Source: the human T2T-CHM13v2.0 reference genome, Homo sapiens. From it: 64,000 nucleotides of DNA. A program made the translations under genes and the position numbers. The notes beneath the pieces were generated by a model. That model was not told where the DNA came from and did not search any database. It saw nothing but the letters and a program-made list of their open reading frames with translations. Below, in pieces: positions 1-12,530 of the stretch (the first letter of the stretch is position 1; each line of letters opens with the position of its first letter). The stretch is from NCBI RefSeq assembly GCF_009914755.1, contig NC_060947.1. The stretch is one strand, 5' to 3'.

Positions 1-239
1 AATCAAATGCAGACAGTTTAGTAAATAACTCGCCTAGACCAATTTTCCCTGCCAGAAATTCAGCATTTGATTATGCTTTCAATTTAGATTTTTGCCTCTT
101 TGTACTCCAGGGGTAGGTCAGGGCATGCAGTGGACAGTCAATAAATACATCCTAAAGAAATGAATTTTGTACCAGCTCTACATTCTAGGATAACAGGTCT
201 GCTCAGAAAACAAATGGTGTCAGTTGGACCCATTCTGTT

Positions 240-300
240 GGGCTACCCTAACAGAATACCACAGACTAGGTGGCTTAAACAACAGAAATTTATTTTCTCA
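240..300 (-). repeat. Isolated 61-bp MLT1 fragment nearly identical to 1673-1733
   Basis: Direct comparison shows two mismatches over 61 nt. Confidence 0.8.
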
Positions 301-892
301 GGATTTAGCCAACATAACCAGGCTTAAAATGCAGTTGTAAGAAGGAAGTCGTGAGGGAGTGCAGACTTTGATAGATAGCCCCAATAAAAGCCCATCATTC
401 ATTCAACAAATGTTTACCAAGTCCCAACCACAAAGTGCTGATGGTGCAGAAAGGAACAAGGTACAATTTTTCTCACAAAAAGTTGTCTGATGTTGGGAGA
501 CACACAATAAACATCTAATTCCAATTCATTGTGTTCAGCACTAGGTCACAGTTCAGTGGCAAGGAACCACTAACTCTACCTGGAAGAGTCATAAAAAAGA
601 AGAGGACACATGGGCCTGGCACCAGAAGGACTGCCAATGTTGCATCTGGTAACTCAATGTGTCATTTACCTAGGGCAGTACTGGGTTGCCTAAATAGTCA
701 GATGCCTAGGGCATTAGCAAAGCTGGGGTAAAACAAAAATGTAAATCAACTTTACATTATATATAAAACAAGAGAAAATAAGAAGTTGGTTAAATTTTGT
801 TCCATCTATTTTATGGTGCAATATCATTTTATTCTGAATTACATATGGGGTAGGAAGAGGTGGGCATAACTTTTTCTAAAGTATATGTATTC

Positions 893-1025
893 TGGCCAGG
901 TGTGGTGGCTCATGTCCGTAATTCCAGCCCTTTGGGAGACTGAGGCAGGAGGCTCACTTGAGCCCAGGAGTTACTTGAGCCTGGGCAACATGGTGAGACC
1001 CCATGTCTACAAAAGATTTTTAAAA
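893..1025 (+). mobile_element. Alu left-monomer/FLAM fragment
   Basis: ggccaggtgtggtggctcatg...gagaccccatgtctacaaaa. Confidence 0.8.
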
Positions 1026-1657
1026 AATGTTTAAAAAGTATCCATATTCTGAAAAACAATACACATACACAAAATTGCATAAAGTATAAATGTACAACTA
1101 AAAGTTGTTATAAAGTAAACACTATGTAACCATCACCCAGGCAAGAAATAGAACATTGTCTGCAGCATCCCAGGAGCACCACTGCAGACGGCCAGGTGTC
1201 TTGGTTTGCCTTGGACTGTTCCACTTTTAGCACAGAAAGGCTCAAATCCCAAGGAAACTCCTCCCTGGGATGTGAAAAGTCTCAATTTTCTGTGATGGGT
1301 ACAGAAGATTGGGGGAAAAGCACAAAACCCATATGGTGACCCGCCCCCCCCGCCCAAATAGGGAGTGAAAACAGCAGTTTGTAATGTGAAATGGATATGG
1401 CATAGATTCTCTGCCTTCTGTAGTTGCTGTGGCCATTTTTTTTGCCCCAACTGCTGATATTGACAACCATGATTTGCAGCTCACAATAATGATCATCCAT
1501 TGTTGCATCACGGTGACTGATGCCACTTTAGCATGCAACTTAAGTGCATTGAAATTGTGAGCATTAACAAGCTCGCCTTTGTATTTGCCTGTGGATCAAC
1601 TGTTGTAATTTGTATCAAGGTTGTTTAACCTTTCACATCATGAATATTGTGACCATG

Positions 1658-2062
1658 TGCATTAGTTTGCTAGGGCTACCATAACAGAATACCACAGACT
1701 AGGTGGCTTAAACAACAGAAATGTATTTTCTCACAGTTCTGGAAGCTGACAATCCAAGACCAAGGTGCCAGCAGGTTTGGTTTTTTCTGAGGCTTCTCTC
1801 CTTGGCTTGCAGATGGCAACCTTCCTTCTGTGTCCTCACAGGTCTTTCCTTTGTGCTTGTGAATCCCTGGTGTCTCTGTGTGTGGAAATTTCCTCTTTGT
1901 ATAAGGACACTGGACAGATTAAATTAGGGCCCACCCTAATAGCCACATTTTAACGTAATCACCTCTTTAAAGGCCCTATTTCCGAATACTGTCACATTCT
2001 GAGATACTTGGGGCTAAGGTTTCAGCATATGACTTTTTGGGGGACACAATTCAACCATAACA
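1658..2062 (-). mobile_element. MLT1 (ERVL-MaLR) solo LTR
   Basis: TG...CA ends, MLT1-type sequence, 5-bp TSD CCATG at 1653-1657 and 2063-2067. Confidence 0.85.
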
Positions 2063-2087
2063 CCATGTTTTGTAAGAATGCAGATAA

Positions 2088-2350
2088 CAGGTGGGAAAAT
2101 TGCTTGAGCCCAGGAGTTCGAGACCGAGAGTTCGAGTTCGAGATCAGCCTACCCAACATAGTGAGACACTGTCTCAACAAAAAATAGAAAAATTAACCAG
2201 GCGTGGTGGCGCATGCCTGTAGTCCCAGCTACAGAGGTGAAAGGGGAAGGATCAATTGAGCCTGGAAGGTAGAAGCTGCAGTAAGCCGAGAATGCTCCAC
2301 TGCACCCCCAGCCTGGGTGACAGGGTGAGACCCTATCTCAAAAAAAAAAA
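2088..2350 (+). mobile_element. 5'-truncated AluJ-like element
   Basis: Alu body with A tail at 2340-2350. Confidence 0.85.
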
Positions 2351-3259
2351 TGAAGTTTCATATTATCTTCTTGATTTCAATGAAGATATTAATAAAACCA
2401 CAGAAAATATGAAAAAATACAAACGAGACTTTTCTCATTTATCTGTATGTTTAGCAGACAGCATAAATGTCAATTGTGTGGAATTCCATTCAGTCTATAA
2501 ACTTTTTATTGAAATAAATGAAAAGACCTTACCTGCTAAATGTCATGCACACCTTGTACACAATCCTGCTAAAGACAGATACATTCTGCTTATCTATAAA
2601 ATTAAAGGTTTTATAATGAAAGTTTTTGATGACTTTTTAATTTCTTCAAAATATGCAGAAGTATGTAGTGAGTTTTTTTTTACTTTATAGAAATGGGAGG
2701 AGATAGCCTCCTTAACAGGTGCCTACAATATCTATCATTGTTGCCAGCCATAGGAAAAAAAATGTTAAAATGTCAGCCTGCCATAAAACCATAATTTCAA
2801 AGTGCGGTATGAGAAGAATGTCCTTCTGTAATTTGGAAATACATTGAGAATAAAAATGGAGAAAAGGATGACAATAAAACAGAAATTTATCAGCTGTTCC
2901 TCTAAAACTGTTTGAAGACCATTGAAGAGGTCATATGGAGCCTCGGAAAGAATGGACTCATTACAGCTGAGCTGTTCCATGTTATGAGTAGATCTCAACA
3001 AAAAACCACATGGCAAAAAATGACTCATTCATGCAGACATCGTAAGACTGCTTCAGAACAACAACAAAAAAAGTTACCAGGAAAAGGCAACAACATGAAA
3101 TAAGACTTCATCAATTTCTCTAATAAAACTGTAACTTATTTGGAATCCAACTGGATTCCTATAGCAATCAAAAAGTTCAAATTACTTCTGCCCCTTGGGA
3201 CCATTTTCCCTTTGAAAGAGAAGTTTAGCTTGTGGTAACATCTATTTATTGGGAGTTAC

Positions 3260-5801
3260 GTAAGGAAAAACTCTCCACAAACTGTGTTCTTCCTCTACTC
3301 TCACCACCACCAAAATCATCAACACAGAAAACTTCTGTGACCAAATGTAGAGGGAGGTTTCCCCACACACCAACAGTGGACACCAGCTGGGTATCCTCTG
3401 ATTCTCCAAAAAGATAGTGTCAGATCCTACAGGTTGGGGGATCAGTCCCCAAGACTGCCCTCCCCACACCAGTTGCAAGTCTGGGCCTCCAGAACTTCTG
3501 GCCTACCTACCGGCTTCAAGTTGGGGTTCCCATGATCCCCTCTTTCATTTGATTAATTTGCTGGAGTGGCTCATAAAACTTAGGGAAACACATTTACCGG
3601 TTTATTATAAAAGATATTGCAAAGGATACAGATGAAGAGAGTACAGGGTGAGCTATGGAGGAAAGGGTGTGGAGCTTCCCTCCCCTCCCTAGACATGCCA
3701 CCCTCCAGGAACCTCCATGTGTTCAGCCCTCTGGAAGCTCACTGAACACCGTCCTCTTGTGTCCGGAATTGGTGGGTTCTTGGTCTCACTGACTTCAAGA
3801 ATGAAGCCGTGGACCCTCGCGGTGAGTGTTACAGCTCTTAAGGTGGCACGTCTAGAGTTTGTTCCTTCTGATGTTCGGATGCGTTCGGAGTTTCTTCCTT
3901 CTGGTGGGTTTGTGGTCTCGCTGGCTCAGGAGTGAAGCTGCAGACCTTCGCGGTGAGTGTTACAGCTCTTAAGGCAGCGCGTCTGGAGTTGTTCGTTCTT
4001 CCCGGTGGGCTCGTGGTCTTGCTGGCTTCAGGAGTGAAGCTGCAGACTTTCGCGGTGAGTGTTACAGCTCATAAAAGCAGTGTGGACCCAAAGAGTGAGC
4101 AGCAGCAAGATTTACTGCAAAGAGCAAAAGAACAAAGCCTCTACAGTGTGGAAGGGGACCTCAGCGGGTTGCCACTGCTGGCTCCGGCAGCCTGCTTTTA
4201 TTCTCTTATCTGGCCCCACCCACATCCTGCTGATTGGTAGAGCTGAGTGGCCTGTTTTGACAGGGCGCTGATTGGTGCGTTTACAATCCCTGAGCTAGAT
4301 ACAAAGGTTCTCCACGTCCCCATCAGATTAGTTAGATACAGAGTTTGGACACACAGGTTCTCCAAGGCCCCACCAGAGCAGCTAGATACAGAGTGTCGAT
4401 TGGTGCATTCACAAACCTTGAGCTAAACACAGGGTGTTGATTGGTATGTTTACAAACCTTGAGCTAGATACAGAGTGCCGATTGGTGTATTTACAATCCC
4501 TGAGCTAGACATAAAGGTTCTCCAAGGCCCCACCAGAGCAGCTAGATACAGAGTGTCGATTGGTGCACTCACAAACCTTGAGCTAAACACAGGGTGCTGA
4601 TTGGTGTGTTTACAAACCTTGAGCTAGATACAGAGTGCCGATTGGTGTATTCACAAACCTTGAGCTAAACACAGGGTGTTGATTGGTGTGTTTACCATCC
4701 CTGAGCTAGACATAAAGGTTCTCCAAGGCCCCACCAGAGCAGCTAGATACAGAGTGTCAATTGGTGCACTCACAAACCTTGAGCTAAACACAGGGTGCTG
4801 ATTGGTGTGTTTACAAACCTTGAGCTAGATACAGAGTGCCAATTGGTGTATTTACAATCCCTGAGCTAGACATAAAGGTCCTCCAAGGCCCCACCAGACT
4901 CAGGAGCCCAGCTGGCTTCACCCAGTGGATCCTGCACCGGGGCTGCAGGTGGAGCTGCCTGCCAGTCCCGGTGCCGTGCGCACACTCCTCAGCCCTTGGG
5001 TGGTCAATGGGACTGGGCGCAGTGGAGCAGGGGGCAGTGCTCGTCGGGGAGGCTCGGGCTGCACAGGAACCCACGGAGTGGGTGGGAGGCTCAGCCATGG
5101 CGGGCTGCAGGTCCCAAGCCCTGCCGCGCGGGAAGGCAGCTAAGGCCCGGCGAGAAATCGAGCACAGCGCCGGTGGGCCGGCACTGCTGGGGGACCCAGT
5201 ACACCCTCCGCAGCCGCTGGCCCGGGTGCTAAGTCCCTCATTGCCCGGGGCCAGCAGGCTGGCCGGCTGCTCTGAGGGCCGGGCCCGCCAAGCCCACGCC
5301 CACCCGGAACTCCAGCTGGCCAGCAAGCGCCGCACGCAGCGCCGGTTCCCGCTCGCGCCTCTCCCTCCACACCTCCCTGCAAGCTGAGGGAGTGGGCTCC
5401 AGCCTTGGCCAGCCCAGAAAGGGGCTCCCACAGTGCAGTGGTGGGCTGAAGGGCCCTCAAATGCTGCCAAAGTGGGAGCCCAGGCAGAGGAGGTGCCGAG
5501 AGCAAGCGAGGGCTCTGAGGACTGCCAGCACGCTGTCACCTCTCACTCTTGGGTTTTTATGGAAACTTCATGACATTAGCATTTCTTCTCCCAAGGTGTA
5601 GGGTAGGACGTTCTCATGGGAGGTCTTAAGACCCACAGTCAGAAAGGTGGGGGAACATTAGAGTAAAAAGAGGACAGGAGGTCAGAGGCCTGCTACTAAA
5701 GCCTAACACACCCAATATTTTCACAAAAGACTGTAACAAGGGCTATGGGAGTTACGAGCCAGGAACCGTGGACAAAAACCAATATATATCATAACACCAC
5801 G
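3260..5801 (-). mobile_element. MER21-like LTR split by LTR12C
   Basis: MER21-type sequence at 3260-3757 resumes at 5546 (gggtttttatggaaacttcatgac...). Confidence 0.65.
3758..5545 (-). mobile_element. LTR12C (ERV9) solo LTR, 1788 bp
   Basis: Ends TGTGTCCGGAATT... and ...GCTGTCACCTCTCA; 4-bp TSD CTCT (3754-3757 and 5546-5549); CpG-rich U3 and tandem ATTGG (CCAAT) units at ~4230-4870. Confidence 0.93.
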
Positions 5802-6774
5802 AGAGCATTTAAAAATGGTAAGCATATTAAAACATGGATAGCTTCATGTATATGATGTATTTATAGATGTAACAGGCCCGACTGACAAACAGCTGACCTA
5901 CCAAAACAATCCTGTAGACAGAAAGTGGTGGGACATTTCTATAAATCTAAAAACCTGCTGCTGCTAGTAAGTAAAATTCTAAGTATTCAATGCTCACATT
6001 TTTGTTGTTGTTGTTGTCGAAAGGCTATGCAGCCTGGCAAACACCAAAAATCAGTGCAGAACTGCAGGTCAAAATGACTTTTATATTTGATTGTATGAAA
6101 TTTTACTACTATATGAAAGAAAAAAAATTTTTAATGTCCTGATGGTCACAGGCAGTTCTGAATTAATTATTATCAGAAAAAAACCAGAAAGAATAAATAT
6201 ATCCTACTATATCATGGACCAAAAGAAACATGTCATTACTATTTTGAAACATCAAATATAGGCAATATCTGTTCAATTAGTCCTCTTGCATTTATATTTT
6301 CCTTTTTAATAAGTCTTATATTTAAGTACCTGAAGAATACAGAATATTATAGGCTACAAAATTTAAATATCTAGTAAGAAGCTAAAAAAAGAGTTAAGTA
6401 GCTGTATCAGACAGAAACATTATAAAAACATTGGTATATTTTTGTTCCCCATATTATTGGTTTAATTAGTCTTACTATTAATTACTACTAATTGCCACTG
6501 TTAACTAGTCCTACTAGTGTTTCATTTAAATAACAGAATTGATACACAGAAAAGAAAATAATAAATAATGTATAATTCTAAATAAACACCTATTTTAATA
6601 TTTTTATGTTAAGGTTATAACACATGTATAATTATTTATTACGTATTATATCATTATGGTTTTCTTTTGTCTGATGTGACTGTGTCCTAGTTTGCTTTGT
6701 AAAAAGTTGGTCATCCAAACCACACCACAACCACCACTAACTACTCCCACTATAATATTAATATATAGTCTTAA

Positions 6775-6895
6775 CCCATTTATGCCTTAGGTTACAATTT
6801 TTTGAATTTTTGCAATCGGACCTTGGCGATGACATTGATATAAATAACTCCCCATGCTTAGCGTTCCAATAATGGAATACTAGGCATAAATAGGC
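6775..6895 (-). mobile_element. MER85 piggyBac (PGBD3-related) MITE
   Basis: TIRs CCCATTTATGCCT / AGGCATAAATAGG, TTAA on both sides (6771-6774 and 6896-6899), internal palindrome GTTCCAATAATGGAAT. Confidence 0.88.
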
Positions 6896-7099
6896 TTAAT
6901 TTAGCTTTGGTTTAGGGTGTAATAGTGAAGGGTGAAATGCACATTGAAATTTGTCTGGCTTGTCATCTCAGGAGGCATGTCTATTCCTCTCTCTAGGGAA
7001 TGTCCTAATTGTGAGGGAAAAACCAAAAGCTGGGAATCAATACATGTAGCCTTGAGTTCCGCTATTCCCCATTTGAGCTATCTCTGAACTTTTGTGGGC

Positions 7100-8280
7100 C
7101 CCATTCCTGTACTAGTCAAAGGCAGATTCCTACTTCCCTCTGACAGTGGTAAGGGCTCAGAAATGTTTGGGAATATAGGGATGGGGCCACTACCCCTTGC
7201 TGTTTATCTCTTTCTCCTCAAATAATATTTCTTCTGCTTTGAGGATCACTAGAATTTTTTATACAAGTCTGGAGTGCGGTGAGAGATTTTTACTCCTTGG
7301 AAATCAAAGTTCTCATCGTATAAAGGGCCATAAGTTTGTGTAGGTTTGCCTGCAAGGGGCAGTAGGGACAAGGGAGCTGGAGTAGGTGATTAACAAGGTT
7401 CTAGTTTCTTCCTGCAGAGGACTCAGGTTAGCTAACAAGAGAGTAGCTTCGTTTCCTGGATTCTGTCTATGGGAAGGAAATACACTCCAACTTCGGAGGA
7501 AATTCACAACCCTTTAGAACCAGGAGCCAAAAACACAGCTGCGCATCTAACCAGGAAGCCCTTCCTTGCTGCCAGTGCTTCCCTCCTCGATGTTGTACTT
7601 TGACTCCATAGAAAGGTGAAAATGAATACCTTGGATGCCCTCCTGCCCAAGTATTGTTCTTCCCTCAGCCCTCTGTGGCAGACTGTGAAGTGGAAAGGGC
7701 ACTAGCAGGGAAGCCAGGAGGCTGAGCTTTTCCTTCCAACACTCCCCCACTTACCGCTGCCCTACCTTTCTGCCTGCTTTGCTAAGAGGTAGATCTGCAA
7801 AACGGGGCGATGATGCAGACCTCACCAAGATGTTGAGAGGATTCCCTGCTAGTTTATGAAGCATCCACACACCAGATGCTCAATGCCTGTCGGCTGTATG
7901 GGACTCAACCATTGCCAGGACCAGGCCTTCGAATGCCAAGACCTTTGCCCTCCTTTCCATCCACAATGAAAATACCAGTTGACACGTACCACTTTATATA
8001 TATTAACACATTTTAACCTTCTCAATAGTCTTATGAATTGGGAAATATTGTCCCCATTTACAGGGAACCCATTTCTACACTAGTCAAAGGCAGATTCCTA
8101 CTTCCCTATGAGAATGGTAAGGGCTCAGAAATGTTTGGGAATATAGGGATGGGGCCACTCTCCTTTGCTCTTGATCTCTTCCTCCTTAAATAATATTTCT
8201 TCTGCTTTGGGAATCACTAGATTTTTATTCAACAAGTCAGAAGTGGAGTGAGAGATTTTTACTCCTTGGAAATCAAAGTT
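7100..8280 (+). repeat. ~212-bp direct repeat (7100-7311 and 8068-8280); second copy interrupts a MIR
   Basis: Co-linear alignment by eye with long identical blocks, e.g. ggtaagggctcagaaatgtttgggaatatagggatggggccact and gtgagagatttttactccttggaaatcaaagtt. Confidence 0.92.
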
Positions 8281-9329
8281 GAGACAGAGAGTTGAAGTAA
8301 CCTTCCTACAGTCGAACAGCTAGTAAGTGATGGAGTTGCTATGTGAACCCAGGTGGTCTGGCTGAAGTGTTTGTTCTCTGGGATGCTGAATGCATCCTCA
8401 GCTCTTGCCCATATGTGCAGAGTTTAATCCCAGGATGTGGCAGTATGTAATGTCCCCACCTGCAGGGTGGAAGCATACAGACTGCCCAGAGGCCACACTT
8501 TGCTGCACTGGTCCTTTCTGGGCCAAACAAACAACCGTAGTCCCATTCCCACCACAAGCCATCCACTAGGTTACACTTTAGCCCATTTTGAGACCCTGGC
8601 CTGCCTGAATTTGCATTTGGGCCATAAGGAGGGAAACTCAGAAACCCAGATCCTTCTGGAGAAAAGTGTGGAGGAAGTGAGGTTATGGCTGGGGCTAATG
8701 AGACCCACAAGAATGAGAAGATTAACCCCTGTCAGTGCCAGACCCTCCCTGAAGCACCAGGGGTCCATCCTCCAGGGTTCCAGCTCTCCTCAGCAGGAAA
8801 TGGGCACTGAAACAGACAAAGAGGCAGGTGGTGCAGGTGACCTGCAGCACCCAAATAGCTTTGGTTGAAGTGGTGAACGCTGAGGAGTTGCTCGACTTAG
8901 CTCTCCCTCCCCCAGAAGGCCCCCTAGCTGCCTCTTCCTGGCCCTTGCCAGTATCCAGCCCGCAGGCAGATAAGTCTTTGCTGTGGGACCCGTAATACCA
9001 CTGACAGCTTGGCCTGAGCTGAGGATTGGGGTGGGGGTAGGAGTGAGGGGTGAGAGAATGAATGGAGTTCCGGGGCCCTCCTCGAAACCCTCAAATCGAA
9101 CCCTGGTTTAGCAGAGTGTTTGTCCTCTCTCTTGGCTTACACACTCTTCTACCCACACGGAAGTTGGCATGGAAAATTTGTCTAGGAGAAGATAAATCTG
9201 GAGGGTGGAGGAGGGAGGGCATTGGCACGATTGTTCCAAGATGAGGAGCTGAGACTACTGAGCACTACTAAGAGTGAGGTTTTCCTCATACAGAGCACCA
9301 CTTAATAAAGTCTGGACATGGCTAAATGA

Positions 9330-9621
9330 TTTTTTTTTTTTTTTTAGATGGAGTCTCGCTCTGTCATCAGGCTGGAGTGCAGTGGCATGATCTACGCTCA
9401 CTGCAATCTCTGACTGCCTGATTCAAGTGATTCTCCTGCCTCAGCCTCCTGAGTAGCTGGGACTACAGGCACGCGCCACCACGCCCAGCTAATTTCTGTA
9501 TTTTTAGTAGAGACGGGGTTTCACCATGTTGGTCAGGATGGTCTCGATTTCCTGACCTCGTGATCTGCCCGCCTCAGCCTCCCAAAGTGCTGGGATTACA
9601 GGCGTGAGCAACCGCGCCCGG
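9330..9621 (-). mobile_element. Full-length AluS (AluSc-like)
   Basis: Poly-T followed by a reverse-complement Alu dimer. Confidence 0.9.
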
Positions 9622-9854
9622 CAGGTCAAGTGATTTTTAACTACGTACAGTAGCATTGCTAGCCAGCTAGTTAGATATAGCCTCCCCTTGGCCTGGGAAC
9701 CCCTTAATGGGCTGCCAGACTTCTTAAAAATCCTTTCCCCACATCTCCTGCTCTCTGTGTTTGAGGCTGTTTCCTCTCTACACTATCATCTTGAAAGCAA
9801 GGTAGGTTTTGTAAGGTTTACCACCAGACATGGATCTCAGCCAAGTGATGGAAA

Positions 9855-10790
9855 AAAGAATAAGGGACTTGTGCCTAGAATACACAAGGGGCTCTTACAA
9901 CTCAATAATAAAATAACAAATAACCCAGTTCAAAAACAGGCAAAGAATCTGAATGGACAGTTCTCCAAATGAGATGCAAGAATGGTGAATAAGCACATGA
10001 AAACATGCTCAGACATCATGAGTCATCAAGGATGCTGCAAATCAAAATCACAAAGACGTACCACTGCATACCGCCTGGGATGGCTAGAATCAAGGCAGAT
10101 AACAAGTATCGGTGAAGATGTGGAGAAATGGGAGCCCTCATAACCTGTTGATGCAAACACAAAATGGTCCAGCTTCTTTAGAAAACAGTCTGGTGGTTCC
10201 CCCAAAATTAAATATACGGTTACTGTATGACTCAGCAATTCTACTCCTAGATATATACCCAAGAATATTGAAAACATAAGCCCGTGCAGACATTTGTTCA
10301 TGAATATATATAGCAGCATTAGTCACAATAGTGAAAAGGTGGAAATGAACCAAACGTTCATCGACAGAAGAATGGATAAACAAAATGTGATATACCCATA
10401 CAATGGAATATTATCCAGCTATCAAAGGAATAAAGCACTGATACATACACTCTCAAATGGATGAACCTTGAACACATACTAAGTGAAAAAAGCCAGTCAC
10501 AAAAGACCACACACTATATGATTCTATTCATATGAAAGCCTAGAATAGGGAAATGTATAGAGACAGAGAGTAGATTAGTGATTACTTAGGGCTTGGGGAA
10601 GGGGGTGGATGGGTAGGGAAATGACGGCTAAATGGTTTCTTTTTGAGGTAATGAAAATGTTCTAAAATTGTGGCAATTGTTATGCACATATGTGAATACA
10701 CCAAAACCACTGAACTGTACACTTTTAATGAGCAAATTGTATGCTGTGTGAATTATGTCTCAATAAAGCTATACTTAATTTAAAAATCAA
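9855..10790 (+). mobile_element. Old L1 (L1MB-like) 3' end
   Basis: Degenerate ORF2 C-terminus and 3'UTR ending in ctcaataaagct. Confidence 0.8.
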
Positions 10791-10881
10791 GTATAAAACG
10801 ATGGGGAAATACTTAAATTAATTTATTCCAAGTGTATATGAGCAACAGAAAGTCTTTTGTCACCTCCTACACACTTCCTAA

Positions 10882-10882
<1 letters not shown>

Positions 10883-10923
<41 letters not shown>
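10883..10923. repeat. (CA)n microsatellite
   Basis: About 20 perfect CA units. Confidence 0.95.
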
Positions 10924-10925
<2 letters not shown>

Positions 10926-11569
10926 TCCTTCCAACTCACCCATGGCAACAGCATATATAGTGGGTGCTTAAGAAATATTTGTTACATTGGTGAATATATT
11001 TTATATCTAAGAATGGATATAGAGGGGGTGGGCCAACAGAGTAATAAAATAACTGAAAGTTGTCTGCTGAGGGGAACAGTGGACAGCTAGATGGGCGTGG
11101 GCTGTGGTTGGGGGTGGTCACTACAGGTCCTCTCTCTGCATGCATTTTGTCAGCCTGGCAGAGAACTGCTTCCCTGAAATCCTGGGAAACACACCAGTTT
11201 TCAGTTGTACCTCTCTAGATTCAGTTGCTGCTTCCTCTTTAGTCAAATCCCTTTTCTTGTCAGCTGCTCCATCACAGTCTGCTCCCCCAAGGCCACCATC
11301 TCCCTTGCCCTCTCCCAATCCTACTACCTGGATGCCCGCAGTTCCACTAGGAATTGAGCAGACCCTACAGCAAAAAAGCTGCCTTGTGAGCTAATCAGCT
11401 TCATGTCACCAGAGGTGTGAAGGAGGACGATGGAAGTCTACTTATTGAGAATTTTGGAGAGACGATTCCTGTATAAGATTCCATCACATCCTGTATAAGC
11501 ATGCTTGACTCATTTAACATTACCAATTTCAACTTCCTTATCTGTAAAGTGGGTGCATGCATGCACATC

Positions 11570-12530
11570 CTCCCCAAACTGTCTACCAGAAGGTAATTCA
11601 GATAGTTTCTGCTTTAAACAAACCCACAAATAAGGAATTGTGGATTTGCAAGTCGATAACCTTTCAAAAGTGCAGAAAGGACAAAAAGGAAGAAATAACA
11701 TAGTATTGGATTATAACCCAAAGTATGAAATACATGAGTCCATGATGATATAAATAAATGCTTGAACAAATAAATAAATGGGGGAGAAAGGGCAAATTTT
11801 CCTTATAGAATGATTCCAAATAATATATGTAGATAATCCCTTCCTCCAAGAGGTGCAGCTTGATACCCTTCTGCTTGAGTGTGGGCTGGACTTAATAGCT
11901 CACTTCAAACTAATGCATCCATAAAGTAGAAATATATATAGAAATGGAAACATAGTAACTTTATGGTAGAGAAACCCTACAAACACTACCTTGGCCAGGT
12001 GATCAAGGTTAACTTACTAGTGATAAGTCATGTGGATATTATGTACCCACTGACACGATTCGATGAGAAGGGCATTTCACCTCTGTGGTATTCTGCCCTC
12101 AAACCCATAACACTGGTCTAATTATGAGGAAAACATCGGACAAACCAAAATTGAGGGACGTTCCCCAAAATACCTGGCCAATATGTTTAAAAACTGTGAA
12201 GGTCGTGAGTACCAAGGAAAAACTGACAAACTAACAGACCAGAGGAGAGTAAGAAGACAGTGACTAAATGAAATGTGGTATCCTGGATTGAATTCTCGAG
12301 CAGAAAAAGGACATTAGTGGCAAAACAAGTAAAATATGAATAAAGTCTGTAGTTAGTTAAAGTAATCCACAAATGCTGATCTCTAAATTTTGACGAAAGG
12401 ACCATGGTTATGTAACAGGTTAAGAAAGCAGAAACTGGGTGATGGGTATACGTGAATACTCAGTACTGTCTTTGCAACTTCGATGTAAATCTAAAATTAT
12501 TTCAAAACAAGAAGTTTATTTAAAGAAACA
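11570..12530 (+). mobile_element. Old L1 (L1MC/MD-like) 3' region
   Basis: Typical motifs such as ggtgatcaaggttaac and gtactgtctttgcaactt...tgtaaatctaaaattatttcaaaa. Confidence 0.65.

Larger units (their letters stand above)
1185..6717 (+). mobile_element. Decayed autonomous-type hAT DNA transposon (BLACKJACK family) interrupted by younger insertions
   Basis: Left end resembles the MER81/Blackjack terminus (gtcttggtttgccttggactgttccacttttagcac) and the right end reads aagttggtcatcc. Transposase remnants include ADSINVN and CHAHLVHN (hAT CxxH motif) at ~2350-2690 and LSIQCS-like C-terminal sequence at ~5975. Confidence 0.7.

Noticed and set aside
2256-2690. 144-aa ORF as a novel gene
   Set aside because: Starts at a non-ATG codon in an Alu and runs through its A tail into a decayed transposase fragment.
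4230-4870. Regularly spaced ~32-62 bp repeats resembling a CRISPR-like array
   Set aside because: No unique spacers; these are the standard U3 enhancer sub-repeats of LTR12/ERV9 in eukaryotic DNA.
4811-5601. Overlapping 121-242 aa ORFs on both strands
   Set aside because: GC-rich LTR12C sequence depleted of stop codons; no recognisable domain.
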